From positions 1 through 50,014 of IMG/VR virus record IMGVR_UViG_3300036801_000108: a stretch of DNA of 50,014 nt; one strand, 5' to 3'. The notes below the pieces were generated by a model. The model had not been told where the DNA came from. It made no database searches and was given only the letters and a program-made list of their open reading frames with translations. The translations under genes and the position numbers were made by a program. The DNA comes from a virus (taxonomy: Duplodnaviria > Caudoviricetes). Below are positions 28,479 to 37,920 of this stretch, piece after piece. How positions within the stretch are numbered: the first letter of the stretch is position 1; the number at the start of each line of letters is the position of its first letter.

Positions 28479-29024
28479 TCAGTTCGCTACGTTGATGCCA
28501 GCGACGTAACCACCCATCACCGCGTTGTTGGTGGAGGAGTAGAACTGGTCGTCGCGATCGAGGACGATGCCGGCGATGACGGCGCCAGCGGTGATGGTAG
28601 CAGTGGCGATGGCGTATTGGAGCTTGACATAGCGAGGGATCGCGACGCCCTGCGGCGGGCGAGGGAAGTCCATGTCGAGCAGGCGGGCGCCAGCGACCAT
28701 CTGGGCAATGGTGTAGATGGGGGAGGTCCACCAAGTGGAGAATGCCGCGGGGGCTCCAGCGCCGTTGTCGACTGCACCGGCGAGGTTGATGGCGAGGGTG
28801 CCACCACCAGCGGAGACGAAAGCGGTGGAGACCTGGACAAGGAGCTTCATCGCCGGATCGTCACCGATGCCGATGTCTCGGGCGCCACCGCCATTTGCGG
28901 AAGTGGGGATTCCGGAGATGACACCGAGGTCGATGATGTTGGTGGAGTCGTAGGTCGCTACGATCTGCGCGAGGTTGCGCGGAGCCAGCGGGGAGTCGAA
29001 CATGAGGAGATTGTCGAGGATCAT
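28479..29024 (-). CDS. Capsid cement/decoration protein (Bbp16-like)
   Basis: MILD.LLMF, STNIIDLG, RDIGIG and RYVKLQY motifs; directly after the major capsid gene. Confidence 0.8.
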   Translation of the reverse strand: MILDNLLMFDSPLAPRNLAQIVATYDSTNIIDLGVISGIPTSANGGGARDIGIGDDPAMKLLVQVSTAFVSAGGGTLAINLAGAVDNGAGAPAAFSTWWTSPIYTIAQMVAGARLLDMDFPRPPQGVAIPRYVKLQYAIATATITAGAVIAGIVLDRDDQFYSSTNNAVMGGYVAGINVAN

Positions 29025-29036
29025 GGTGCTGGCTCC

Positions 29037-30080
29037 TTAAACCACTTGGGCTTCGTTCGAGAGGATCGCGTCGCAGGTGCGAACGGGGATGCCTCGGAAG
29101 GTTGTAACTACCTTGCCGTTGAATTCCTCCAAACGCAACAACACGTTCGTTTTATTCATTGCCTGGAGATCGAGGTAGGTTCGGATGATGCGGTTGCAGT
29201 AGATCATCAACCGACCCATATTGGCCCGAACCTCAGGGGAATCGGAGGTCTGGATCGCGGTGGCTTGGGCAGGCGCAGTGGGCAGGCGATAGAGTGCGCG
29301 GACGATCAGGTTGATCAGGTTCGCGGCCGAGACGCCGGTGAGTTGGGTCACGTCGATGTTGGCGATGCGAGCGGTGTAGCGCCAATCACGGAGGCAGAGC
29401 CCGACTTCCCATTTGAAGTGGTCGCGATAGGCTTGGTAGGTGTTGCCCGATGCGTCTTGAACTGGCCACTCGCCCATGTCCCGGTGCTGGAGCCCGGTGA
29501 TTTTGCCTTTGGGGAAGATGCCGTGGATGGTGTCGTTGCCCCAAGTGACGAGCCACATGGAGGTGTTGGTGTTGGAGGTGCCGCCTGCATCGAGGACGTT
29601 GTTGGCGGTTTGGGAAGACGCAGTCGAGACGGTCGAGTAGCGTGGGGCAAGGCCGGTGAAGCGTTCCGGGTTGATGTGCTGGTTGCCGTAGATGAACGTG
29701 GCGGCGACCTGTTGGGACATGCCTTCGAGGAAGGCTCGAACCTCCGACAACCGGAACTCGGCGGTGTTGCCATTGAGGTCCGCGATGTCCTTGTCGATCA
29801 CTGCGTAGGTTTCGAGGTTGCCGCAGGTATCGGTGATCTGGGCCGTGGTGGACTTGGCATTGGGGACGCCCGCGTTGAGGAGTCGCCAAGTGGCTTGGGG
29901 CAGCCCAGTGCGGACGGTGGTCTTGTGACCGGTAGGGAGATTGCCTTCCATGACCATGATGTCATCGAGGATTTCATTGGTCTGGGAGAGCAGTTCGATG
30001 ATCATCGCAACGCGATAGCCGTCATCGAGACGTTTGGCCCAGTCCGCGTAAGTTAGCGCGACATTGCCGATTATAGCCAT
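29037..30080 (-). CDS. Major capsid protein (BPP-1 Bbp17-like)
   Basis: IELLSQTNEILDD, RTGLP..TWR, DWRY.ARIANID, FRGIPVR.CDAI. Confidence 0.92.
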   Translation of the reverse strand: MAIIGNVALTYADWAKRLDDGYRVAMIIELLSQTNEILDDIMVMEGNLPTGHKTTVRTGLPQATWRLLNAGVPNAKSTTAQITDTCGNLETYAVIDKDIADLNGNTAEFRLSEVRAFLEGMSQQVAATFIYGNQHINPERFTGLAPRYSTVSTASSQTANNVLDAGGTSNTNTSMWLVTWGNDTIHGIFPKGKITGLQHRDMGEWPVQDASGNTYQAYRDHFKWEVGLCLRDWRYTARIANIDVTQLTGVSAANLINLIVRALYRLPTAPAQATAIQTSDSPEVRANMGRLMIYCNRIIRTYLDLQAMNKTNVLLRLEEFNGKVVTTFRGIPVRTCDAILSNEAQVV

Positions 30081-30181
30081 TTATGGCTCCTAAGGAAAGG
30101 TGGAAGGGGTGGGTGAGGCATCCTCGTTCCGATCTGGCATTGTGCGTTCAACCCACTCTGGGGCTCGGGCGGTGGAAAGGG

Positions 30182-30940
30182 TCAGCCTGCGGATGGCAGG
30201 TTGGGGTACATGGCCGCTGCGGGTGATGGGCGCACGGGCTTAGAAGGGTCGACTTGACCAGCGGGCGATGGGCCACGGCCGGTCACGGGCTTGCCTTCGA
30301 GTAGTCCTTGGGACAGCTTCCAGAAGGCTTTGACGAATGCAGGGTGGTCGCCCGCGCCGGTGAGGTCCATAGCGGCACGGAATTCGCCAGCGAGAGTCGG
30401 GTCCAAGGTGCCGAGGGCGCGAGAGATGTCGATCTTAACCGCGTCGATGCCGGTCTTGCCGTCGGTGGTATAGGCGCGGATGTCGGTGTCGGCGGTGACC
30501 TTGGCACGCCAGTCCTTGCGCAGGTTTTCGTAGGTTTCTTGGGGGGCCTTGGCGAGGGCCAGTTCGCGTGCGACTTGGATGTCAACGAGGCGCTGGGCTT
30601 GGTCTTGGGTCAGATTGAGTTCTTTGAATGCTGGCAGCGCGGCTTCGAGTAGGACCTTGTCAATGATATAGCCTTCGGGGGCCTTGAAATCGGCATAGGC
30701 TTCGGGAGCACCAGCGACCGGGGCCTTGATGTCCTCAGGCTTGGGTTCGGTGAGAAGGGTTTCGCCGGGCTTGGGGTCAGCTGTAGTAGTTGGCTTTACC
30801 GTCTGGTCCCCAATGCTCTGGGATGGGTCCGTCGGTTTCGTCTCCGTCGGCTTGGTCTCGGTCGGCGCTGTCGCCTGATCCAGTATCTCCCCAGTCGTCG
30901 ATCGTGCTGCTTCGTCGTTCATCAACTGCGGCTCGCTCAT
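30182..30940 (-). CDS. Scaffolding protein
   Basis: Pro/Thr-rich N-terminus, APEAYADF, LTQDQAQ, ends MYPNL; upstream of the capsid gene. Confidence 0.8.
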   Translation of the reverse strand: MSEPQLMNDEAARSTTGEILDQATAPTETKPTETKPTDPSQSIGDQTVKPTTTADPKPGETLLTEPKPEDIKAPVAGAPEAYADFKAPEGYIIDKVLLEAALPAFKELNLTQDQAQRLVDIQVARELALAKAPQETYENLRKDWRAKVTADTDIRAYTTDGKTGIDAVKIDISRALGTLDPTLAGEFRAAMDLTGAGDHPAFVKAFWKLSQGLLEGKPVTGRGPSPAGQVDPSKPVRPSPAAAMYPNLPSAG

Positions 30941-31229
30941 TGTGTTCTCGCTGTGCTTGAATGTATTGATCGGGGCAGGCTAGCATGACCTCGGCTAGGA
31001 GGGATAGGCCGATGGCGCGCTGGCCCTCGTTGAAGGCAGTGGCGTCGGATTGGCCAAGGGCGAAGGTGGTGGTGAAGAGGTGGCAAGCGGAGAGTTTGTG
31101 CCAAAACCACGCGCGGCCTTCGGTGGTGGACATTAGGTTGCGGACTATAGCAAGGCGGGAGGCAAGGTCGATCGCGGCCTGCTTTTCGCGGCGTCGGATG
31201 TCTTTGCGGTTGGCGGTGGAGTCGGGCAT
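30777..31229 (-). CDS. Bbp19-like protein
   Basis: LMSTTEGRAWFW...AFNEGQRAIGL motif; lies between portal and scaffold. Confidence 0.75.
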   Translation of the reverse strand: MPDSTANRKDIRRREKQAAIDLASRLAIVRNLMSTTEGRAWFWHKLSACHLFTTTFALGQSDATAFNEGQRAIGLSLLAEVMLACPDQYIQAQREHNERAAVDERRSSTIDDWGDTGSGDSADRDQADGDETDGPIPEHWGPDGKANYYS

Positions 31230-31411
31230 CAGTGGACCGGGTAGATGGGAATTCGTCGGGCTTCGGTGCTCCACCAGTGGTCGTCGTCGAGACGGACCAC
31301 GCAGGTCACGGCGATGGCTGAGTTGGTGGTTTCGTTGCCGAATTGATCGAAGAGATCGGTTACGCGATAGATGTTGCCGCGGGAATCGACAGTGCGGTAT
31401 TCGATGCTCAT
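31229..31411 (-). CDS. Small hypothetical protein
   Basis: 60 aa, coupled on both sides. Confidence 0.6.
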   Translation of the reverse strand: MSIEYRTVDSRGNIYRVTDLFDQFGNETTNSAIAVTCVVRLDDDHWWSTEARRIPIYPVH

Positions 31412-33153
31412 TGAGTTGCTCCGACTCCGCCACCGGGCGGGGCGATCGCGGCGAGGTTGCCCGCGGATTTGGACAACTGCTCGGCGATCTGGGCCTGCTG
31501 TGCTGCCTGCTGGGCCTTCGCTTCCTCGGCACGGATTTGGGCCAATGCTTCCGGACTCCTGATTAACTTGGGATCATTGTTCTGTAGCGCGGAGTATTTG
31601 TCAATAGCATAGTCGATGTCGATATTGGCCATGGAGCCGGGCTTGATGCCTTCGAGTTCGCCTGCGAGCTTGAGGACGAGTTCGATGCCGGATGCGGCCG
31701 CGGCCTCTTGGGCCTGTTTGAGCATGGAGATGTAGGTGATGTTGATCATCTGGCCCTGGATTTCGGGCGGCGGGGGCGGGAGGATGCCGGCGCGGGAGGC
31801 GATGCCGAAGACCCGATCGATGATTGGGTTGAGGCCTTCATAGTCGATGCGGTCGAGGGCCGGGCCGAGAGCGACCATGGATTCGGACTTGCGCATGTTC
31901 CATTCCACCGCGGTGACGTTGGAGCGGGTTTCGAATTGGGAGGCGGTCATCAGGACATCGTTGAAGAAGGTCTTAGCGAGTCTGGTTTTGACCTCGGTCA
32001 GGTCCTCGGTGATGGCCTGGACTGGGAACTGGTGGGTGTCGTAGATCGAGGTCATGGCGGCTTTGCCACCGGACTGGGCCATGCCTTGGATGTAGGTGAT
32101 GCCGCCGGGAAGGAGCGAAGCGGGCTGGTTCTTGAGTTGGACATCCGCGACGAGTGGCGGGTTGACCATCTTGTCGATGGCTTGGGCCTTGCGCCGGGTT
32201 TCGAGTTGGCATTGCTTTTGGTCGGGGAGTGCGTCCATGCCGGGGGATCGGCCATAGGCGTCGTTGGAGACGATGTCCCAGCGGCAGGCGATGTTGGGTT
32301 GGTCGTAGTAGCCGCGTCGGCGAAGGAAGCCGCGGGGCTGGTAGTTGGAGCCTTGAGGGGATGCAGAGCCGCCCCATTCCCAGTAGAGTTCGCGGAACTT
32401 GAATCGCGGGGAGAACCCGAACTCAGCAGCGCGGCCATCGTCGTTGGGCTCGATGGAGTGAGCGATGATCAGTTCGCGGGTGAGGTTGGCGCCACCGGGG
32501 TCGTTATAGAGTTGTCGGACTGAGTCGGAACAGTTCTCGTAGCCAAATTCATTGACGACGGCGGAGACAGTGAGAGTGAACTCTCGATAGAATATTGTGG
32601 GTCGATATTTGCCATCAATATCAAGGTAGTACTCACCAGCGCAAGGGTTGATGCAGTTGATAACATTTTCGTAGTCCTCGTAGATGAGCATCACCGCAGT
32701 GCCGAAGATGACGAGGTCGAAATAGAACTGGGCGATGGAGTTGTAGAAGTTGGATTCGGAGAAGATGAGGTAGAGGATGCGTTCGCATTCGGCGAGCCAG
32801 AGGGAGACCGGTGAGGTAGTTGTGGAATCCATAGTGCCCACACGTAGCTTGAACCAAGGGCGGGTCGGGGAACTTTTGCCACTTACTAATCCAGAAGCTA
32901 GGTTCCTTGCACAGATGACACCTGTCGAGTCGAGGATGTGTTGGTTGATCGGGGACCCGCGGGCCATCTGATTCGGAGTGACTATCCATTTGTACCTCCT
33001 AGGTAAGAAATAATCAGCAAGCTCTCGCCAATGCGTCCACCAAGAGTATCGGTTGACTCGCAGCCCAAGCAATCGGCCTTCGGAATAGTGCAAGGCGCGC
33101 TCGTCCGGGGTTTGGTACGACCGGTCGGTGCGGGGAAAAGCCGATGCGTTCAT
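31408..33153 (-). CDS. Portal (head-to-tail connector) protein
   Basis: LASGL.SG.SSP.RPWF, DLVIFG, YGRSPGM.AL and TAVE motifs. Confidence 0.92.
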   Translation of the reverse strand: MNASAFPRTDRSYQTPDERALHYSEGRLLGLRVNRYSWWTHWRELADYFLPRRYKWIVTPNQMARGSPINQHILDSTGVICARNLASGLVSGKSSPTRPWFKLRVGTMDSTTTSPVSLWLAECERILYLIFSESNFYNSIAQFYFDLVIFGTAVMLIYEDYENVINCINPCAGEYYLDIDGKYRPTIFYREFTLTVSAVVNEFGYENCSDSVRQLYNDPGGANLTRELIIAHSIEPNDDGRAAEFGFSPRFKFRELYWEWGGSASPQGSNYQPRGFLRRRGYYDQPNIACRWDIVSNDAYGRSPGMDALPDQKQCQLETRRKAQAIDKMVNPPLVADVQLKNQPASLLPGGITYIQGMAQSGGKAAMTSIYDTHQFPVQAITEDLTEVKTRLAKTFFNDVLMTASQFETRSNVTAVEWNMRKSESMVALGPALDRIDYEGLNPIIDRVFGIASRAGILPPPPPEIQGQMINITYISMLKQAQEAAAASGIELVLKLAGELEGIKPGSMANIDIDYAIDKYSALQNNDPKLIRSPEALAQIRAEEAKAQQAAQQAQIAEQLSKSAGNLAAIAPPGGGVGATQ

Positions 33154-33341
33154 TTACCATTCCTTCGAGAGGTTCGGTCGCTGCTTCGGCTAGCGAACTC
33201 TGACAGGTCAGGTTTGTTTGTGATTAGGCGACCTTCCGAATGCATCTGCGCGGCGGCCATCAAGGCAAAGGGCTCGGTCGGGGGAGTGGGGAGTGGAGGT
33301 TGGCCGGGCTGCTGGGGCGCGCCGAAGGGGACTACGGGCAT
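33150..33341 (-). CDS. Small hypothetical protein
   Basis: 63 aa, ATGA-coupled to the portal gene. Confidence 0.5.
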   Translation of the reverse strand: MPVVPFGAPQQPGQPPLPTPPTEPFALMAAAQMHSEGRLITNKPDLSEFASRSSDRTSRRNGK

Positions 33342-33508
33342 GGGACCTCATAAAGATCATGTACCAAATCCCAAAAAATTGGCGCTGTAATTATAATCTT
33401 GTTTGCTATATCTTCTTGTCCACCACCGCGCAAATCACACTCCAAGTAATCGATTTGTTTTGCGATGATGGTTGCGCGTTCTTTAATCTCGTCCCTAGTC
33501 ATCATCAT
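33332..33508 (-). CDS. 58-aa AT-rich hypothetical protein (MMMTRDEIKERA...)
   Basis: Translated by hand; fills the gap; lower GC than neighbours. Confidence 0.45.
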   Translation of the reverse strand: MMMTRDEIKERATIIAKQIDYLECDLRGGGQEDIANKIIITAPIFWDLVHDLYEVPCP

Positions 33509-33540
33509 ACGCTTTCAGTTAGAGAATACGGGCATCGGGG

Positions 33541-33834
33541 TTATTGTCCTAGCAGGGTTTTAGTTCCAGATTGCTGGGGCGTGGGAACGGTGCTGGTGCC
33601 GAGGTAGGTCGGGGATTGGGACTGGGGCCGGGGCTTGGTGCCGGTTGGGGCTTGGGCCGGTGGGATCACTGCGGCCTCGGGTGCTGGGGCGGTCGCGGCC
33701 GCTGGGGTGTCGGGGGATTTGAAGGCACCACCAGCGGCTGCGCCAGCTAGGGACCCGGCTGCGCTGAGGGCTAGGCCAGTGAGGGTGATGGGGTCCACGG
33801 AACAAAGGCCGTGGGGTTGATCGTGAGGCTTCAT
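33541..33834 (-). CDS. Small virion protein (T7 gp7.3-like position)
   Basis: Hydrophobic N-terminus, Pro/Ala-rich, ends KTLLGQ as is typical upstream of podovirus portals. Confidence 0.7.
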   Translation of the reverse strand: MKPHDQPHGLCSVDPITLTGLALSAAGSLAGAAAGGAFKSPDTPAAATAPAPEAAVIPPAQAPTGTKPRPQSQSPTYLGTSTVPTPQQSGTKTLLGQ

Positions 33835-33858
33835 GCAACAACTCGCAGCTTGGGATGG

Positions 33859-34035
33859 TCATGCAACCACATCGGAAGGCTCCATAAGATCGAGATTGCG
33901 ATAGATATAGATGCTGCAAGGAATGCAAGACCAACGAATACACTGAAAGGTCATTGTGGGTTTGCGATCTTGCTGATGCGAATAAGGCCATTCGCCTTCG
34001 TTGAGCAAAGGCTGAGTGCAATTGGGGCAGTTCAT
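33859..34035 (-). CDS. 58-aa zinc-ribbon-like protein (MNCPNC...CIPC)
   Basis: Translated by hand; two CxxC pairs; ATGA-coupled to the terminase gene. Confidence 0.5.
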   Translation of the reverse strand: MNCPNCTQPLLNEGEWPYSHQQDRKPTMTFQCIRWSCIPCSIYIYRNLDLMEPSDVVA

Positions 34036-35618
34036 GCCAGCATCCTTTTCTCTTCATACGGATCGTATTCGGTTTCGACCATTGGCGGGTGCGGGTGCTC
34101 GCCACCAGCGGTTTGGTTGGTCTTGTTGATTGGGCCGCCGAAGGTGCAGAACAACGCATCGAGTTCGTCTAGTTCGAGGTCGGGGTTGTCGTCGAGGAGG
34201 TCTTCTTTGGAGACGAGTTGGATTTCGTCCTTCTTGTTGAAGATGTATTTGATCGAGAGCATGGCGGTGCGGAGGCTGGCGGATTGGGGCAGGAGCCCGG
34301 TCTTGAGCCATGCGCGGCAGGCCCCGGCCATTGCGGAGCGCTTGTTGGCGTAGCGCTCGCCTTGGTTATCGAAGACGACGCCGGTGATGTCGTCCTTGCC
34401 GCCGAATTGAATTTCCCAGACGAAGAGTCGTTGGTTGCGGCAGTTGTCGACTACGCCACCGCCGACACCGCCGCCATCGACGAAGATTCCGTCAGGTCGC
34501 CATTCGGTCCAGGCATCGTGGATTCGGTTGGCGAGTTCGACGGTGTTGAGACCTTGGTAGATGCGAGTGGGAATGGTGCGAGCGTCGCGGCCTTTGCGCG
34601 GGAAGAGAACGGACTTGTTGCGACCGTAGCGGGCTACGTCGACGCCAAGGGCGAGCGGGGTGAAGGCATCGACATAGACCTCGCGCTCGGGCGACATCGC
34701 AGTGTCGATCTCGGTCGCGGAGAAGAATTCCATCTCGCCGAGCCGGGGGAACTGGCCCAGCCAGCGGACTCGGATATAGTCGTTGTCGGCATCGCCATAG
34801 GCCGCGATCTTGGCGTTGATGTATTTCTTGTCGGTGATGGCAACGGTACGGGAGTCGATCTGACGGTGCTTCCACATGAAGGCGAATCGGCCGCCATCGA
34901 AGCAATCGCGGAAGCGGCCGGTGTTGCGGGTCGGGTTGCCGAAGACGAGCCAGATGCGTTGGGTGTCGGAGTCGGAGAATGCGCCTTCGATGGTTTCCCA
35001 GATGATGTCGGCGATGGCGGATGCTTCGTCGAAGATGATTAGAAGGCGTTTGCCCTTGTTGTGCATCCCGGCGAATGCTTCGGGATTGGTCTCGGACCAT
35101 GCAATCATATCGATGCGCCATGTTCGCTCGCGGGATGGGTCTTTGGAAACGAGTGAGGTGGCGTTTAGGATGAAGTGGTCGCGGGCGAAGAAGCAGAGGT
35201 TGAACCAGCGGCCGAGTTCGGCCCAGGTCTTTGTCTTTAATTGGGTTTCGGTATTAGCCGTAACCACTCCGCGACAGTCAGGATAGGTGGTAAAGGCCCA
35301 GAGTATGAGCATTGAAACGAGTGCGGATTTGCCAACTCCATGACCTGATGCCGTCGCAAGTTGAATGGCCTCATCGATGCTGAGGAGCCCCGTCCTAATC
35401 TGCTCCATGATCTCCCGTTGCCAATCGAGCGGTCCATCGTATTTCTCCAATACTGTTCCGGGTTCGGACCAAGGGAAGGCGCCGAGGCAGAAGGCGAGTG
35501 GGTCATCAGCGACCGAGGCTAGCCATCCGAACAGTTCGGCCGACATGGCTTCGGGGCCAGAGGACGCGAGCAGTGCGCTGGGTGTCCGACTTGCATCCAG
35601 TGTTTGCTCTAGCGACAT
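34032..35618 (-). CDS. terL: Terminase large subunit
   Basis: Walker A SGHGVGKS, Walker B IIFDEAS, GNPT, nuclease LGVDVAR and VDGGGVG. Confidence 0.93.
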   Translation of the reverse strand: MSLEQTLDASRTPSALLASSGPEAMSAELFGWLASVADDPLAFCLGAFPWSEPGTVLEKYDGPLDWQREIMEQIRTGLLSIDEAIQLATASGHGVGKSALVSMLILWAFTTYPDCRGVVTANTETQLKTKTWAELGRWFNLCFFARDHFILNATSLVSKDPSRERTWRIDMIAWSETNPEAFAGMHNKGKRLLIIFDEASAIADIIWETIEGAFSDSDTQRIWLVFGNPTRNTGRFRDCFDGGRFAFMWKHRQIDSRTVAITDKKYINAKIAAYGDADNDYIRVRWLGQFPRLGEMEFFSATEIDTAMSPEREVYVDAFTPLALGVDVARYGRNKSVLFPRKGRDARTIPTRIYQGLNTVELANRIHDAWTEWRPDGIFVDGGGVGGGVVDNCRNQRLFVWEIQFGGKDDITGVVFDNQGERYANKRSAMAGACRAWLKTGLLPQSASLRTAMLSIKYIFNKKDEIQLVSKEDLLDDNPDLELDELDALFCTFGGPINKTNQTAGGEHPHPPMVETEYDPYEEKRMLA

Positions 35619-35636
35619 CTGGCCCCGAAAGCTTGG

Positions 35637-36284
35637 TTAGAGGCGGCGAAGGGTGGACGGACCCGAAGTCGAGGGAGGTGGCGACGGCTTCGGGTCCGAT
35701 CGAGGCACAGGCGACGTGGGGACACCGGAGGCCTCAATTTGGCGCAGGGCTGGGGCGCGGGAGGAGCGGGATCGGGCTTGCTCCAGCTTGGCTGCGAAAT
35801 CGACATTGATGTTGACATTCTTGTTGACCTTGCCGTAGCCGGTGCGGTCGGCACCAAACTCGGCAATGCCAAGGAGATCACGGGTGGGGAGGAACTCGTT
35901 GCGCTCGGCCGCGTCATCGAGCTTGTCCGAGATCATGGCCTGGGCCTTAAGCGCGTTGGTGCGCATGAACTCGATTACGGTGTCCTGGGATGCCCATTCG
36001 TCGGTGAGGACCGCGCGGTAGTGAGCGGTAAGGTCGCGGAAGGCGGGGTCAGCGCGGAGTTGGACCACGCGACCAATCGAGATGCCGCAGACGCCCGCGA
36101 CTTCGGCATTGGACATGCCGGACGCAACGGCGCGGGCGACCCGGTGATGATTGTCGCGGAGGGTTTGGATTTGGTTGGGCGGGCGCGGGATGAGGAGGTG
36201 GTTGAGGTCAGCGCGCGCGAGTTCGCGGATGCCCGAGACCTCGGGGGTTTCGGTGATGATCTTGTGGATCGCGCGGGTGGCCAT
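35637..36284 (-). CDS. HTH protein, probable terminase small subunit
   Basis: HHRVARAVASGMSNAEVAGVCGISIGRV HTH; immediately upstream of terL. Confidence 0.6.
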   Translation of the reverse strand: MATRAIHKIITETPEVSGIRELARADLNHLLIPRPPNQIQTLRDNHHRVARAVASGMSNAEVAGVCGISIGRVVQLRADPAFRDLTAHYRAVLTDEWASQDTVIEFMRTNALKAQAMISDKLDDAAERNEFLPTRDLLGIAEFGADRTGYGKVNKNVNINVDFAAKLEQARSRSSRAPALRQIEASGVPTSPVPRSDPKPSPPPSTSGPSTLRRL

Positions 36285-36289
36285 GGCGG

Positions 36290-36688
36290 TTACAATCGTC
36301 GTTCGAAGTATGGGGCTGGCGGTCGGTGGTTCAGGGTGGCGAGGATTGCGCCGTTGCGTTCGAGGGTTAGGGGGACGGAGACGGCGGTCGGGGACTTGAG
36401 CGCGATGTTGTAGCGGGGTTTGTAGATGTCGATCATTGCGCGTTCGAGGGTGTTGAGGTCTTCGACTCGGCAGGGCAGGACGTAGACTTGATCGAACAGG
36501 ATTCCTCGGGTCGATGCCGGGAGCCAAGCCGGCACTGACTTCCGCCCCCAATTCGACTTATGGGCCGAGATGCGCGAGAGCATGCGCTTGCTCTGGCCGA
36601 TGTAAACCACAACTCCATCGCGCAGCAGGGCATAGACCCCGGCGGCTAGAATCGGCGTGACCTCGATAAACCCGTCAAGCATCGGCAC
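36290..36688 (-). CDS. GIY-YIG nuclease family protein
   Basis: GVY...VYIGQS..R..H...E...PRYN. Confidence 0.85.
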   Translation of the reverse strand: MPMLDGFIEVTPILAAGVYALLRDGVVVYIGQSKRMLSRISAHKSNWGRKSVPAWLPASTRGILFDQVYVLPCRVEDLNTLERAMIDIYKPRYNIALKSPTAVSVPLTLERNGAILATLNHRPPAPYFERRL

Positions 36689-36887
36689 AATCTTCCATTC
36701 TCAAGTTCCACCATCGCACGTAACGCGCAAGAAGTCAAGCCCCCGCCCGCGCCATCGCCACCAATCATATGCATGTTTCAAAAATCGAACGCAATATTTG
36801 GGGGCACACTGCGGCCGCGCGGGAGACAAAGTTTTGGCCCGCCCCCGGTCGATGAGGGCGGGCCAAGGGATTGCGCGGGATGGCGGG

Positions 36888-37136
36888 CTAGTCCTTGGTC
36901 GCGAGCAGGGCAACATTGGCCTTGGCGAATGCGCGCAGGTCATCGGAGAGCGAGAGCAAGCGGTCCCACTGGCCAGCGTACAGGGTGACGGGGAAGCGGC
37001 CGAGGCCATAGACCGAGATCGCGCCCTTGTCGCTGACTTTCATCGAGAGCTTGCGTGCGGGTTGCGCTTGGGCCGCAGCAAGGGCTTCAATCAATTGCTC
37101 GCGGGTGAGTTCGTTCAGATTGCGAAGGATGGCCAT
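36888..37136 (-). CDS. Conserved-looking small phage protein
   Basis: Starts MAILRN with AAGGGA RBS; KVSDKGAISVYGLGRFPVTLY motif. Confidence 0.7.
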   Translation of the reverse strand: MAILRNLNELTREQLIEALAAAQAQPARKLSMKVSDKGAISVYGLGRFPVTLYAGQWDRLLSLSDDLRAFAKANVALLATKD

Positions 37137-37188
37137 GTGTGATGTTCCCTTAGCGGTTTGCAATGATGGCGGGTTTGCCAACAACGCC

Positions 37189-37217
37189 ACAATGGACGCA
37201 TTCGGCTCGATTGTCCA
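37189..37217 (-). promoter_or_regulatory. Possible leftward sigma70 promoter
   Basis: TGGACA-N17-CATTGT upstream of the first minus-strand gene. Confidence 0.3.
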
Positions 37218-37253
37218 ATCACGAAATGTTACAACCACGCCGCACCGCACCAT

Positions 37254-37470
37254 CCCGCCATAATCCTTGGTACCCCTCTGATACCCCTCTGATCCTCTCA
37301 TTCACCCACCCACACTGCCCGGTGGCCCTGCACTCGTGCTTGCTTTGCGAAAAAAAAAATTTGAAGAGATAGACACTAGCAAGGCCCTAACCCTACCGCC
37401 ACGGGGTGTGGGGAGCTGAATGAGAGGGTGAGGGGGGGATGAGAGGGGTATCAGGGATTATGGGCGTGGG
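37254..37470. repeat. Imperfect inverted repeat (~70 bp arms) around an A10 tract at the strand-switch point
   Basis: CCATAATCC..TACCCCTCT..CCTCTCATTCA..CCCACAC..GTGGC mirrored by GCCAC..GTGTGGG..TGAATGAGAGG..AGAGGGGTA..GGATTATGG. Confidence 0.75.
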
Positions 37471-37488
37471 ATTGGGGAGCGATTGTGC

Positions 37489-37517
37489 TTGCTTTGTTCA
37501 CGGTTTGGTGGTATACT
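37489..37517 (+). promoter_or_regulatory. Early sigma70 promoter
   Basis: TTGCTT-N17-TATACT with extended -10 TG. Confidence 0.65.
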
Positions 37518-37543
37518 GTGATGGTAAGCTGGAGAGAGGGAGG

Positions 37544-37804
37544 ATGCCGATGGCCAAGCTGAACAATCGACCGATGGTGTTGCGTTTGCAACGGCTGAGC
37601 GATGGACGCGAGCCGAATGCTGGCACGTTCGTGGATGATTTCACAGGCGAGGTGCTGCCGAGTGCTGTGCCGTTGGAGCCGGCCAAGGAGTTGGCATCAG
37701 GCTTGGAGCTTGCTGCCGATCGATCACGCGCGAAGGCTGCCGCGCAGCGTGCACTCCTTGATCGCGCAATGGCAGAGCCCAAGCCATTCGTGCGGCGGGT
37801 GTGA
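37544..37804 (+). CDS. Early hypothetical protein
   Basis: Purine-rich GGAGAGAGGGAGG RBS; ends FVRRV. Confidence 0.65.
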   Translation: MPMAKLNNRPMVLRLQRLSDGREPNAGTFVDDFTGEVLPSAVPLEPAKELASGLELAADRSRAKAAAQRALLDRAMAEPKPFVRRV

Positions 37805-37882
37805 TGCAGAGCCCTCGGCAACAAATGAACGAAGTTTCGATTGATGCGGCGCAACAAATGAATTCACAATTCCGTGATCGAT

Positions 37883-37918
37883 GTTCGCAGTTCGTTCCGG
37901 GTTCGTTCGCAACGGTTC
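37883..37918. promoter_or_regulatory. Overlapping GTTC-N7-GTTC boxes (alphaproteobacterial LexA-type)
   Basis: GTTC at 37883, 37894, 37905 and at 37890, 37901 (11-bp period), plus one at 37915. Confidence 0.55.
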
Positions 37919-37920
37919 GC

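Noticed and set aside
28473-30056. 527-aa plus-strand ORF and other long antisense ORFs
   Set aside because: They shadow the capsid and other real genes, result from strong codon bias, and show no protein motifs.
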